Shown one piece after another: positions 56,598-64,000 of a stretch of DNA of 64,000 nt; position 1 is the stretch's first letter, and the number at the start of each line of letters is the position of its first letter. The notes beneath the pieces are model-generated. The model saw nothing but the letters and a program-made list of their open reading frames with translations, did no database searches and was not told where the DNA came from. Position numbers and translations under genes: made by a program. The DNA is from Microgenomates group bacterium GW2011_GWF2_46_18 (GTDB lineage: Bacteria > Patescibacteriota > Microgenomatia > UBA1400 > UBA12108): NCBI GenBank assembly GCA_001002415.1, contig LCMB01000001.1:33999-97998 (forward strand). The letters run 5' to 3'.

Positions 56598-57676
56598 GAA
56601 CCGGAAGCGGAGCGTTCTTCTTGAGTTTTGAACCAGTCGCGCATGGTATTGACCATTAGTCGTTTGAGAATTTCGGGGAAATCGATCTCATAGAGCGAGA
56701 GAATATTGGCGAGAGCAACGTCTAGTTCTTTGGGACCAAAGGCGGGGTTACTATTACTATCGATGAAGTAATAACGACCAGATTGGTCGACGCGAATATC
56801 AAATTTTCCGTAACCACCCATTTTGAGAATATCAAAGGCACGGCGGACTAATTCGTTGAGGGTAGGATCACTGATTTTTTTGTAAGTATAGGTTTCGCCA
56901 CCTTCAACCCATTGTGCATCGAAAGTGACAAATTGCATGGGGTCAGTAGCGTCCGGAAAGACTTTTTCGGCAAGATAGACTTTGGTATTGCCACCCTCTA
57001 GAACAATGGCGGTATATTCGCGGCCGGCAATAAATTCTTCGGCGATAATTGGTTGTTGATAGGTTTTGATCAAAAATTTAATACGGTCACGAAGGTGTTT
57101 TTCGTCAGGAGAGATGGCATCTTGAGTGACTTCGACAGCTCCATGAATTTCGTTAAGTTTGGTAATTAGGGGGAAGCGGAGCTCGGGATTAAGAGGAGTT
57201 GTTGCTGAGGTTAAAAGTTGAGTACGGGGGACAGGAATGCCATGACTAACTAGGAGTTCTTTGACCAAATACTTGTTGTAAGCTAAGGCTTCCCCCAACA
57301 TCCCGGCGCCAGTATAGGGGATATCCATCGCTTCGAGAATCCCGGGGATGGTGGCTGACAAGTATTCTTGACCACTAATAGAGCCAACTAGATTAAAGAT
57401 CATGTCGGGTTTGTCACGGAGAATACTTGACAAAGTTTCGGGACGGCCAGCGTAGAGTTTGGTTTTGATCCCCATTTTCACTAAATAGGTGGCAATGACT
57501 TCAGCTTCGTGAGTAGCATCTTTTTCGGTCAAGTATTGAGTTTCGGTCGGAAAGTATTCTCGTTTGACCTCACTATGGAGGATACCCACAAATTTGGGAA
57601 GGGGAAAACCATTGCCGTTAGTTTTGCTAGTACCTCCAGGTTCGTCGGGTTTTTTGGGGGGTTGATCAGTGGCCAT
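56594..57676 (-). CDS. ATP-grasp ligase, D-Ala-D-Ala-ligase-like paralogue of unknown substrate
   Basis: 360 aa. DMIFNLVGSISGQEY...IPYTGAG, PLITKLNEIHGAVEV, IAEEFIAGREYTAIVL and GKFDIRVD...YFIDSNSNP follow the ATP-grasp order. It lacks the Ddl N-terminal GGxSxE motif. The disordered N-terminus is P/K/G-rich. Confidence 0.75.
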   Translation of the reverse strand: MATDQPPKKPDEPGGTSKTNGNGFPLPKFVGILHSEVKREYFPTETQYLTEKDATHEAEVIATYLVKMGIKTKLYAGRPETLSSILRDKPDMIFNLVGSISGQEYLSATIPGILEAMDIPYTGAGMLGEALAYNKYLVKELLVSHGIPVPRTQLLTSATTPLNPELRFPLITKLNEIHGAVEVTQDAISPDEKHLRDRIKFLIKTYQQPIIAEEFIAGREYTAIVLEGGNTKVYLAEKVFPDATDPMQFVTFDAQWVEGGETYTYKKISDPTLNELVRRAFDILKMGGYGKFDIRVDQSGRYYFIDSNSNPAFGPKELDVALANILSLYEIDFPEILKRLMVNTMRDWFKTQEERSASGS

Positions 57677-58142
57677 ATTGATTCAAGATAACGATCAGAC
57701 GACGAATAGTCAAGTCAGCCGAACTTTTAATATATTCGCCAGGGAAGTCAAACCAGATACGAAAAAATTTGCTGCGGCGCATGGCGCGCACATGGCCAAT
57801 TTCGGGGTCAAGGAGATAGATGTTTTCGGTATCAAGATCAACCACAACCGAGTAATGACCATCATCTTCGGAGAACCAGTCAACAATGACGGGAATTTGA
57901 TCGGTTTTGACTAAACGTTCGAGATCTTCGAAAGTTGAATTGTCTTGAAAGTAACCCTTAAAACCGAGGGACTCGGACGCTTCGATCATGCGAGAGGCAT
58001 CAACACCGACAGCGGGGTCAGCCCGCATTAACTCGGCAAGTTCGGCTTCGGTTTTCTCGACACCATAGTAGGAAAGAACCATCTTGATGGTGGCGGGGCC
58101 ACAGAGACCGGTTTTTTGACGAAAAGGTTTGACTTTGAGCAT
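57666..58142 (-). CDS. stand-alone C39-like papain-fold cysteine peptidase
   Basis: 158 aa. RQKTGLCGPATIKMVLSYYG (Gln9, Cys14), DGHYSVVV (His96) and YLLDP (Asp112) match the C39 catalytic arrangement. It starts 2 nt after the dnaK stop, and its stop overlaps the ATP-grasp start by 11 nt. Confidence 0.75.
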   Translation of the reverse strand: MLKVKPFRQKTGLCGPATIKMVLSYYGVEKTEAELAELMRADPAVGVDASRMIEASESLGFKGYFQDNSTFEDLERLVKTDQIPVIVDWFSEDDGHYSVVVDLDTENIYLLDPEIGHVRAMRRSKFFRIWFDFPGEYIKSSADLTIRRLIVILNQYGH

Positions 58143-58144
58143 AG

Positions 58145-60025
58145 TTATTTTTGCTCGTCAACGACTTCACCCTCTTCGGCCTTGGCCGCGTCTTCGGAGG
58201 CGGCAGTCGGCTCCTCGGCCTTGGATTCACCTTCTTTGGGAGCAGTCTCGGCAGCGGCTTTATACAGGCGTTCGCCGTATTTGGAAAGAGCTTCGGAAGC
58301 CTTTTTAAAAGCTTCGTCGATACTTTCGACAGTTGCATCCTCTTTGTCTTTGGCTTCCTTGAGGGCCTTGACAGAGTCTTCGATTGCGGTTTTCTCATCC
58401 GCCTGAAGTTTGTCCCCGGCTTCCTTGAGGGTTTTTTCGGTTTGGAAGATTAAAGAATCGGCTTCGTTCTTTTTTTCGATCAACTCTTTCTTCTTCTTGT
58501 CTTCTTCGGCGTGGAGTTCGGCCTCTTTTTTCATCTTCTCCACCTCTTCGTCACTCAAATTGGTGGCGTTTTGGATGGTGATTTTTTGTTCTTTGCCGGT
58601 ACCTTTGTCTTTGGCATTGACATGCAAAATACCTGAGGCGTCAATATCGAAGGTAACTTCGATTTGGGGAATTCCGCGCGGAGCGGGGGCAATCCCATCG
58701 AGGATGAAGCGGCCGAGCGATTTGTTGTCGGCGGCCATCGGACGCTCACCTTGCAAGATATTGATTTCAACCTGAGGTTGATTGTCGCTGGCGGTACTAA
58801 AGACCTGGCTCTTGCTGGTCGGGACGGTGGTGTTACGGTCGATTAAAGGAGTGCGAACAGCCCCCATGGTTTCGATACCGAGAGTCAGAGGAGTTACGTC
58901 GAGTAACAGCACGTCGTTGACTTCCCCACCCAAGATACCAGCTTGGATAGCGGCACCAACAGCAACGACTTCGTCGGGGTTTACTCCTTTGTGAGGCTCT
59001 TTGCCGAAGAAGTCTTTGACGGCTTTTTGGACGGCGGGCATTCTGGTCTGACCACCAACCAAAACAACTTCGTCGATATCACTGGTTTTGAGTGTTTTCT
59101 TGATCAAATCATCCACAAGCTCTTCTAGTTTGGAGCGGGTGATTGTCATGGTTAAGTGTTTGGGTTGACCATCACTTCCTTGGGTAATAAAGGGTTGATT
59201 GATCTCAGCGGAAGCCGAACTACTGAGTTCAATTTTGGCTTTTTCGGCGGCATCGCGGATCCGTTGGAGGGCTTGTTTGTCGCTTGCAAGATCGATCCCC
59301 TGATCTTTTTTGAACTCGGAAACGAGGTAGTCTACCAGGCGATGATTAAAATCATCACCTCCTAAAAAGGTATCACCGTTGGTGGCTTTGACTTCGAAAA
59401 CTCCGTCACCGATTTCCAAAACACTAATGTCAAAAGTGCCACCACCCAAATCATAGACAGCAATTTTCCCGACTTTCTTTTTGTCGAGACCGTAGGCTAA
59501 AGCAGCCGCAGTTGGCTCGTTGACGATGCGTTCAACTTTGAGGCCAGCAATTTCTCCGGCTTGTTTGGTAGCCTGGCGTTGGGAGTCGTCGAAGTAGGCA
59601 GGAACGGTGATGACGGCACTATCAACTTTGGTACCCAAATAAGCTTCGGCGTCAGCTTTGGCTTTTTGGAGGATTTTGGCGGAAATTTCTTGGGGAGTAT
59701 AGATTTTGCCATCGACTTTGACGGCAGCGGTGTCATTTTTGCCGCCAACGATTTCATAGGGCACTTTTTTGATCGTGTCTTTGACCATTGCGTCGTCCAA
59801 GTGGCGACCCATCAGGCGCTTGATACTATAGATAGTATTTTTGGAGTTTAAAACCATTTGATTTTTGGCCACTTGACCAACTAAACCTTTAACTGGTTCA
59901 ACAATGCTGGGGATGGTGTTTCCGCCTTCGGCGGAAGGAATAACTTTGGGTTTGCCGCCTTCCATAACAGCCACACAACTGTTGGTAGTACCTAGGTCGA
60001 TTCCGATAGTTTTAGTGTTGGACAT
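58145..60025 (-). CDS. dnaK: chaperone DnaK (Hsp70)
   Basis: 626 aa. [18 protein letters not shown] and [12 protein letters not shown] motifs, with an acidic C-terminus. Confidence 0.98.
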   Translation of the reverse strand: MSNTKTIGIDLGTTNSCVAVMEGGKPKVIPSAEGGNTIPSIVEPVKGLVGQVAKNQMVLNSKNTIYSIKRLMGRHLDDAMVKDTIKKVPYEIVGGKNDTAAVKVDGKIYTPQEISAKILQKAKADAEAYLGTKVDSAVITVPAYFDDSQRQATKQAGEIAGLKVERIVNEPTAAALAYGLDKKKVGKIAVYDLGGGTFDISVLEIGDGVFEVKATNGDTFLGGDDFNHRLVDYLVSEFKKDQGIDLASDKQALQRIRDAAEKAKIELSSSASAEINQPFITQGSDGQPKHLTMTITRSKLEELVDDLIKKTLKTSDIDEVVLVGGQTRMPAVQKAVKDFFGKEPHKGVNPDEVVAVGAAIQAGILGGEVNDVLLLDVTPLTLGIETMGAVRTPLIDRNTTVPTSKSQVFSTASDNQPQVEINILQGERPMAADNKSLGRFILDGIAPAPRGIPQIEVTFDIDASGILHVNAKDKGTGKEQKITIQNATNLSDEEVEKMKKEAELHAEEDKKKKELIEKKNEADSLIFQTEKTLKEAGDKLQADEKTAIEDSVKALKEAKDKEDATVESIDEAFKKASEALSKYGERLYKAAAETAPKEGESKAEEPTAASEDAAKAEEGEVVDEQK

Positions 60026-60046
60026 AAAATCCTCCTGTAAAAATAT

Positions 60047-60502
60047 TTAATTTGACGAATTAATTTGGCCGTTGCCCACGACCACACGAGCGGGGCGAAG
60101 GACACGACCATTTAGTATATAACCTGGACGAATAACAGAGAGAACCTGATCTTTAACTCCAGGAGCGGTTTCGTGACATTCCATGAGGTTGGGATCGAAA
60201 ACTCCATCCGTTTTGACAACGGTAACCCCTTCTTCGGTCAAGATTTTGTCGAAAGCGGAGAGAATAAGCTCTAGAGATTGGTCCCCGCGTGCGGCGGCTA
60301 AACCCAAATGATCACGGACTTCGAGGAGTTTGGCCAAGAGATTGGCGTTGGCAAATTGGACAATACTGGCGCTATCACGAGCGAAACGTTTCTCAAGATT
60401 GGCATAATCGGCAAGCGCCCGGGCTAGGGAAGATTCTAGATCTTTAACTGATTTGGACGAAGAATGAGTTTTGACGGGTTTAGTTTTCATAGTTAACTCC
60501 AA
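60047..60502 (-). CDS. grpE: nucleotide exchange factor GrpE (short)
   Basis: 151 aa. Coiled-coil plus beta-domain (FDPNLMECHE...GYILNGRVLRPARV). The start may instead be the Met at 60490. Confidence 0.85.
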   Translation of the reverse strand: MELTMKTKPVKTHSSSKSVKDLESSLARALADYANLEKRFARDSASIVQFANANLLAKLLEVRDHLGLAAARGDQSLELILSAFDKILTEEGVTVVKTDGVFDPNLMECHETAPGVKDQVLSVIRPGYILNGRVLRPARVVVGNGQINSSN

Positions 60503-61224
60503 GAAGCGGAGATTTCATCTAATAAATTGCTCATATGTCTAAGCATGGGCATAACGTAGGGATAGTTGAGACGGGCGGGACCAATCACTCCTAAGTGGCC
60601 GTTGATATTGCCAGCACGGAAATCAAGATAGGCCATGGCACAAGGGTAGAGGAACTCATTACCAAATTCGTCACCCAGAATAATATGGAGGGGTTGAGTG
60701 TCTAAAACCCGGCCAAAAATTGCTTCGAGCGCGGCATGGCTCTCGATGATAGAGAGAACTTGGCGGGTAACGTCAATGTCAAAAAATTCGGGAAGGGTTA
60801 AGAGGTTGGCGTAACCAGCTGAGTAGACGGCTCCGTCGCTCGTTGTGGCAAAGCCAATGTTGTTGGTTTTTTCGGAGAGAACGTGAGTGGCTTCACGCAA
60901 GAGAGTATCAATTTTTTGACGGTGATCCCAGATCCGCTCTTTGACCGAAACTTCTTCGGTTACGGGAAGCGTATCTTCTTTCATGAGTTCGGAGATATAG
61001 AGTTTGAGGGCCACGGGAGTTGGGACGCGGCCAGCAGAGGTGTGGGGTTGCTTGAGGTAACCCAAATCTTCAAGCCTCACCATTTCGTTTCTGATGGTGG
61101 CCGGAGAGATACCAAGGTTGTATTTTTTATCGAGAGTGTCACTCCCGACAGCTTCGCCAGTAGTCGTATATTCCTCGACAATGGCTTTGATAATACTGAT
61201 TTGGCGGGGTGATAAAGGTTTCAT
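60493..61224 (-). CDS. hrcA: heat-inducible transcription repressor HrcA (short)
   Basis: The track ORF extends to 61311. I prefer the Met at 61224 (MKPLSPRQISIIKAIVEEY...GEAVGS...SPATIRNEM). wHTH N-terminus. First gene of the hrcA-grpE-dnaK order. Confidence 0.85.
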   Translation of the reverse strand: MKPLSPRQISIIKAIVEEYTTTGEAVGSDTLDKKYNLGISPATIRNEMVRLEDLGYLKQPHTSAGRVPTPVALKLYISELMKEDTLPVTEEVSVKERIWDHRQKIDTLLREATHVLSEKTNNIGFATTSDGAVYSAGYANLLTLPEFFDIDVTRQVLSIIESHAALEAIFGRVLDTQPLHIILGDEFGNEFLYPCAMAYLDFRAGNINGHLGVIGPARLNYPYVMPMLRHMSNLLDEISASWS

Positions 61225-61250
61225 TAGCACTATAATAGCGAGAGTGCTAG
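61224..61250. promoter_or_regulatory. CIRCE operator
   Basis: Plus strand reads TTAGCACTa-N9-GAGTGCTAg, against the consensus TTAGCACTC-N9-GAGTGCTAA. Its last base is the A of the hrcA ATG on the minus strand. Confidence 0.85.
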
Positions 61251-61260
61251 GTCGTGTCAA
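61232..61260 (-). promoter_or_regulatory. sigma70-type promoter of the hrcA operon
   Basis: Minus strand reads TTGACA-17 nt-TATTAT-AGTGCTA-ATG. The -35 begins 4 nt after the lepA stop, and CIRCE overlaps the spacer and the -10. Confidence 0.65.
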
Positions 61261-61264
61261 GAGG

Positions 61265-63046
61265 CTAAATTTTAAGGATGGCGGTAAAGGCAGCTTGGGG
61301 GACTTCGACATTACCCAGCATTTTCATCTTCTTTTTCCCCTTCTTTTGTTTTTCGAGCAGTTTGCGATTGCGAGTCATATCACCACCATGAAGTTTGGCA
61401 GTTACATCTTTGCGAAAAGCCCGAATGGTGGCACGAGCGATGATTTTTCCACCAATGGCGGCTTGAATAGCCACTTCAATCAGAGAACGGGGAATCGCAT
61501 CTTTAAGTTTTTCGACTAGGACTCTTCCCCTCCCCTCGGCAGAAAAACGAGGAGAAACAAAAGAGAGAGCGCCGGCTTCTTCACCGTTTAAGAGAATATC
61601 GACTTTGACGGCGTCGACTACTTGATAACCGCCGTGATCATACTGGACGCTGGCGTAGCCGGAACTAACTGATTTGAGGCGATCATAAAAATCGGTAATA
61701 AGTTCGGATAAGGGCATTAGGTAGTTGAGACGAACACGACCTCCCAAATACTCTAGATCAATAAACTCGGCTCGCTTGCCCTGACAAAGTTCCATGATCC
61801 CCCCAACATATGGTTCGGGGGTAAAGACAGTTAGAGTCACAACTGGTTCTTCGATATGATCAATGACTTCAGGACGCGGCCAATCAGAAGGAGAAGAAAC
61901 TTCGAGGTGATCGCCATTTTTGAGAGTCATTTGATAGGGAACGGAGGGAGAGGTATTGACAACCTGGACTTCAAATTCGCGGGAAAGACGTTCGGTTACA
62001 ATCTCGGCGTGCAAAATGCCGAGAAAACCCACGCGGAAACCATGTCCTAGGGCGGGGCTGGCGGCAGCATGGTAGGAAAGAGCGGCGTCATTGAGGGCAA
62101 GTTTGCCTAGAGCGTCAACAAGATTACGATAATTACCAGCGTCAATCGGGTACAGATCCATGAAAACCATGGGCTGGGGACGTTGATAACCAGCGATGGG
62201 AGTGATGTTTGCTCCAACGACAGTAAGGGTGTCACCAATGGTAATAGCGCGAATGTCTTTGTGACCGGTGGCGATATAACCGACTTCGCCTACCCCGAGG
62301 TGATCAACGGAGTGCATGTCGGGAGCAAAATAGCCAATTTCTAGAGGGGATAATTTCTCACGAGTAGCAAAGAGGTAAAGTTGGTCACGATTGTTCGGGT
62401 TGATGTCGCCTTCGAAAATTTTGACAAAGGCAATAACACCTTTGTGCTGGTCAAAAATTGAATTAAAGACTAGTGCGCGCAATGATGTATGGTTCGGAAC
62501 TGAAGGGGACGGAATGCGCGTGACAATGGCATCCAAGAGTTCGGTTACACCGGCACCTGATTTGGCGGAGCCAAAAATAATTTCTTCGGCCTTAAAGCCG
62601 AGAGTGTCGATCAGCTCTTGTGCCAACCGTTCTGGTTCGGCGGCGGCCATATCAATTTTGTTAATGAAGGGAATGATGGTTAGGCCAGCACTAATGGCTT
62701 TGTCATAGTTGGCAAGAGTCTGTGCTTGAATACCTTTGGTAGCATCAACTACCAAGACGGCTCCTTCACACGCGTGAAGGGCACGACTAACTTCGTAACT
62801 AAAGTCGACGTGACCGGGAGTATCAATGAGATTGAGCTGATAATTGATATTTGCGAGCTGATAATGCATGCGGACGGGGGCGAGCTTGATGGTAATTCCC
62901 CTTTCCTGTTCGATGGGATTACTATCCAATCGCCGCGCAGTTCCACCCATGGGAATGGTATGAGTAACCTCGAGCAAACGATCGGTGAGGGTAGTTTTGC
63001 CGTGATCAATATGAGCAATAATCGAAAAATTGCGAATGTTAGACAT
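61265..63046 (-). CDS. lepA: elongation factor 4 (LepA)
   Basis: The track ORF extends to 63133. I prefer the Met at 63046 (MSNIRNFSIIAHIDHGKTTL). DTPGHVDF and NKID motifs, with the LepA-specific C-terminus. Confidence 0.95.
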   Translation of the reverse strand: MSNIRNFSIIAHIDHGKTTLTDRLLEVTHTIPMGGTARRLDSNPIEQERGITIKLAPVRMHYQLANINYQLNLIDTPGHVDFSYEVSRALHACEGAVLVVDATKGIQAQTLANYDKAISAGLTIIPFINKIDMAAAEPERLAQELIDTLGFKAEEIIFGSAKSGAGVTELLDAIVTRIPSPSVPNHTSLRALVFNSIFDQHKGVIAFVKIFEGDINPNNRDQLYLFATREKLSPLEIGYFAPDMHSVDHLGVGEVGYIATGHKDIRAITIGDTLTVVGANITPIAGYQRPQPMVFMDLYPIDAGNYRNLVDALGKLALNDAALSYHAAASPALGHGFRVGFLGILHAEIVTERLSREFEVQVVNTSPSVPYQMTLKNGDHLEVSSPSDWPRPEVIDHIEEPVVTLTVFTPEPYVGGIMELCQGKRAEFIDLEYLGGRVRLNYLMPLSELITDFYDRLKSVSSGYASVQYDHGGYQVVDAVKVDILLNGEEAGALSFVSPRFSAEGRGRVLVEKLKDAIPRSLIEVAIQAAIGGKIIARATIRAFRKDVTAKLHGGDMTRNRKLLEKQKKGKKKMKMLGNVEVPQAAFTAILKI

Positions 63047-63056
63047 GATCCGCATT

Positions 63057-64000
63057 TTACACTGAGCTCTCGGAGGTATCGAGCGTTTCTTTGGATTGAC
63101 CCAGCGCTTTTTGCCAGTTACCGATTTTCTCAATAAGGTGAAGGAAGACGCCTAATTCGCGAATATTAAAGAGATAAGAAAGGGTTAAGTAGACGGCAGT
63201 GCCGATTAAAGTAACGGAGAGAGTCAACATAATGAGGGGAATGGTGCGAGTAGTATCAAAAATCATTTGATCTAAGATTCGGAGCGGGGCCCAGAGGGCA
63301 AGAGCGGTTAGAGCAGAGGCAAACAAGATTTTGCCCAAGGGAAAAAGAATGTGAACAAGGGCAAATTGAGCCAAGCTGTAAAGAATCAGAACTAAGACAA
63401 TCGTTTCGATCAGCGAGGCAATGGAGATGGCAGCGGCCATCCCCAAAACACTGGATTTGAGAACAAACAAAAAATAGTAACTCAAGCTCACATTAGTAAC
63501 GGTCGAGATGGTGTTGATAATGAGGGGGGTGCGAGTATCGTGCATAGCATAAAAAACACGGACAAGAACGTGGGTTAGGGAGCGAGCGGCAATGGAAATC
63601 GCTAAGATGGCTACCAGTTTGCCAGTTAAGACGGTTTCACTCCAGGGGAATGAGTCAGCTCCGTAGGCTAACCGAACTAAGGGGACGCGTAAGATGAGGA
63701 TAATTACGGAAGCAGGAAGGGCGAGATAGAGCATTTCTAAAATAGTATTGTTCACCATCGAAGCGAGATCTTTGAGATTGTTGCCATGAGTAACTTTGGC
63801 GAAAAATGGCAAAGAAGCTTGGCCGATCGGAATTCCAATCAAGCGAACAGGAAGATTGGCTAATTGTTGAGCGAGGGAGATTAAAGTGACGGTCCCGGAA
63901 GAAAGCCAGGTGGAGAAAGTAATAATCATTGTTGCTTCAATTTGAGTTAGGGAAAGAGTAAGCATCCGCGGCAACATCAAGCGAGACATTTCGGAAACGG
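63057..64000 (-). CDS. murJ: lipid II flippase MurJ (MviN), 3' part; gene continues beyond the window
   Basis: Polytopic sequence with MurJ-like motifs (LPFFAKV..., VFYAMHDTRTPLI). The reading frame is still open at position 64000. Confidence 0.8.
   Translation of the reverse strand, partial: VSEMSRLMLPRMLTLSLTQIEATMIITFSTWLSSGTVTLISLAQQLANLPVRLIGIPIGQASLPFFAKVTHGNNLKDLASMVNNTILEMLYLALPASVIILILRVPLVRLAYGADSFPWSETVLTGKLVAILAISIAARSLTHVLVRVFYAMHDTRTPLIINTISTVTNVSLSYYFLFVLKSSVLGMAAAISIASLIETIVLVLILYSLAQFALVHILFPLGKILFASALTALALWAPLRILDQMIFDTTRTIPLIMLTLSVTLIGTAVYLTLSYLFNIRELGVFLHLIEKIGNWQKALGQSKETLDTSESSV

Noticed and set aside
56594-58142. Interpretation of the ATP-grasp and C39 pair as a graspetide/microviridin-type RiPP cluster
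   Set aside because: There is no room for a precursor-peptide ORF, because the pair is bounded by dnaK at 2 nt and dnaJ at 24 nt. There is no ABC exporter, and the ligase looks Ddl-like rather than RimK/MdnC-like. I keep it only as an alternative to test.
61265-63133. N-terminal extensions of track ORFs: lepA, hrcA, nusA, ruvX, secY, rpsC, rpsN, adk, recX, the Lon-like gene and the LamG protein
   Set aside because: The extensions overlap upstream genes or begin at TTG. They lack an SD and add residues absent from the conserved family N-termini. The internal ATG/GTG starts fit better, and I recorded them in the features.
1-64000. Possibility of a recoded stop codon (UGA = Gly, as in some CPR lineages)
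   Set aside because: TGA terminates conserved genes at their expected ends (sortase, mltG, the C39-like gene). No core gene shows in-frame TGA interruptions.

Overview
This 64-kb window is an almost entirely co-directional block of core information-processing genes. Every gene is on the minus strand except tgt. Gaps are tiny and many genes overlap by 4-17 nt.

The organism looks like a small-genome bacterium of the Candidate Phyla Radiation / Patescibacteria type. This is an inference from several features: no L30 gene between S5 and L15, shortened L3, AlaRS, IF-2 and HrcA, a sortase, and many membrane-anchored P/S/T-rich surface proteins.

Gene order, read along the minus strand from right to left:
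- murJ (partial), lepA
- hrcA-grpE-dnaK-[C39-like peptidase]-[Ddl-like ATP-grasp ligase]-dnaJ-[three envelope proteins]
- nusA-infB-[degenerate DHH-like protein]
- LamG/CBM-like surface protein
- rpsO-pnp
- Lon-type AAA+ module without a protease domain, two hypotheticals, ung, rnj, ftsK, a rodZ-like gene, DUF948-like and YtxH-like genes
- alaS-[737-aa actin-like/TM/extracellular protein]-[sortase]-ruvX-[Zn-ribbon]-mltG
- rpoB-rpoC-rpsL-rpsG-[orphan]-(tgt, plus strand)-fusA-tuf
- the complete S10/spc/alpha ribosomal supercluster, including secY, adk, map, infA, rpmJ and rpoA
- rplM-rpsI
- recA-[duplicated-repeat membrane protein]-recX

I recognised no rRNA, tRNA, CRISPR array, transposase, integrase or reverse transcriptase.

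The most interesting signal is a translationally coupled pair, a papain-like peptidase and an ATP-grasp ligase, wedged between dnaK and dnaJ. It is bracketed by a near-consensus CIRCE/sigma70 promoter that appears to give a leaderless hrcA mRNA, and by a second CIRCE-like, apparently leaderless promoter abutting dnaJ.

A recurring theme is that lineage-specific genes are inserted at single junctions of otherwise universally conserved operons: recA|recX, secY|adk, rpsG|fusA, alaS|ruvX and dnaK|dnaJ.

All functional calls come from reading motifs in the supplied translations. No database search was run.
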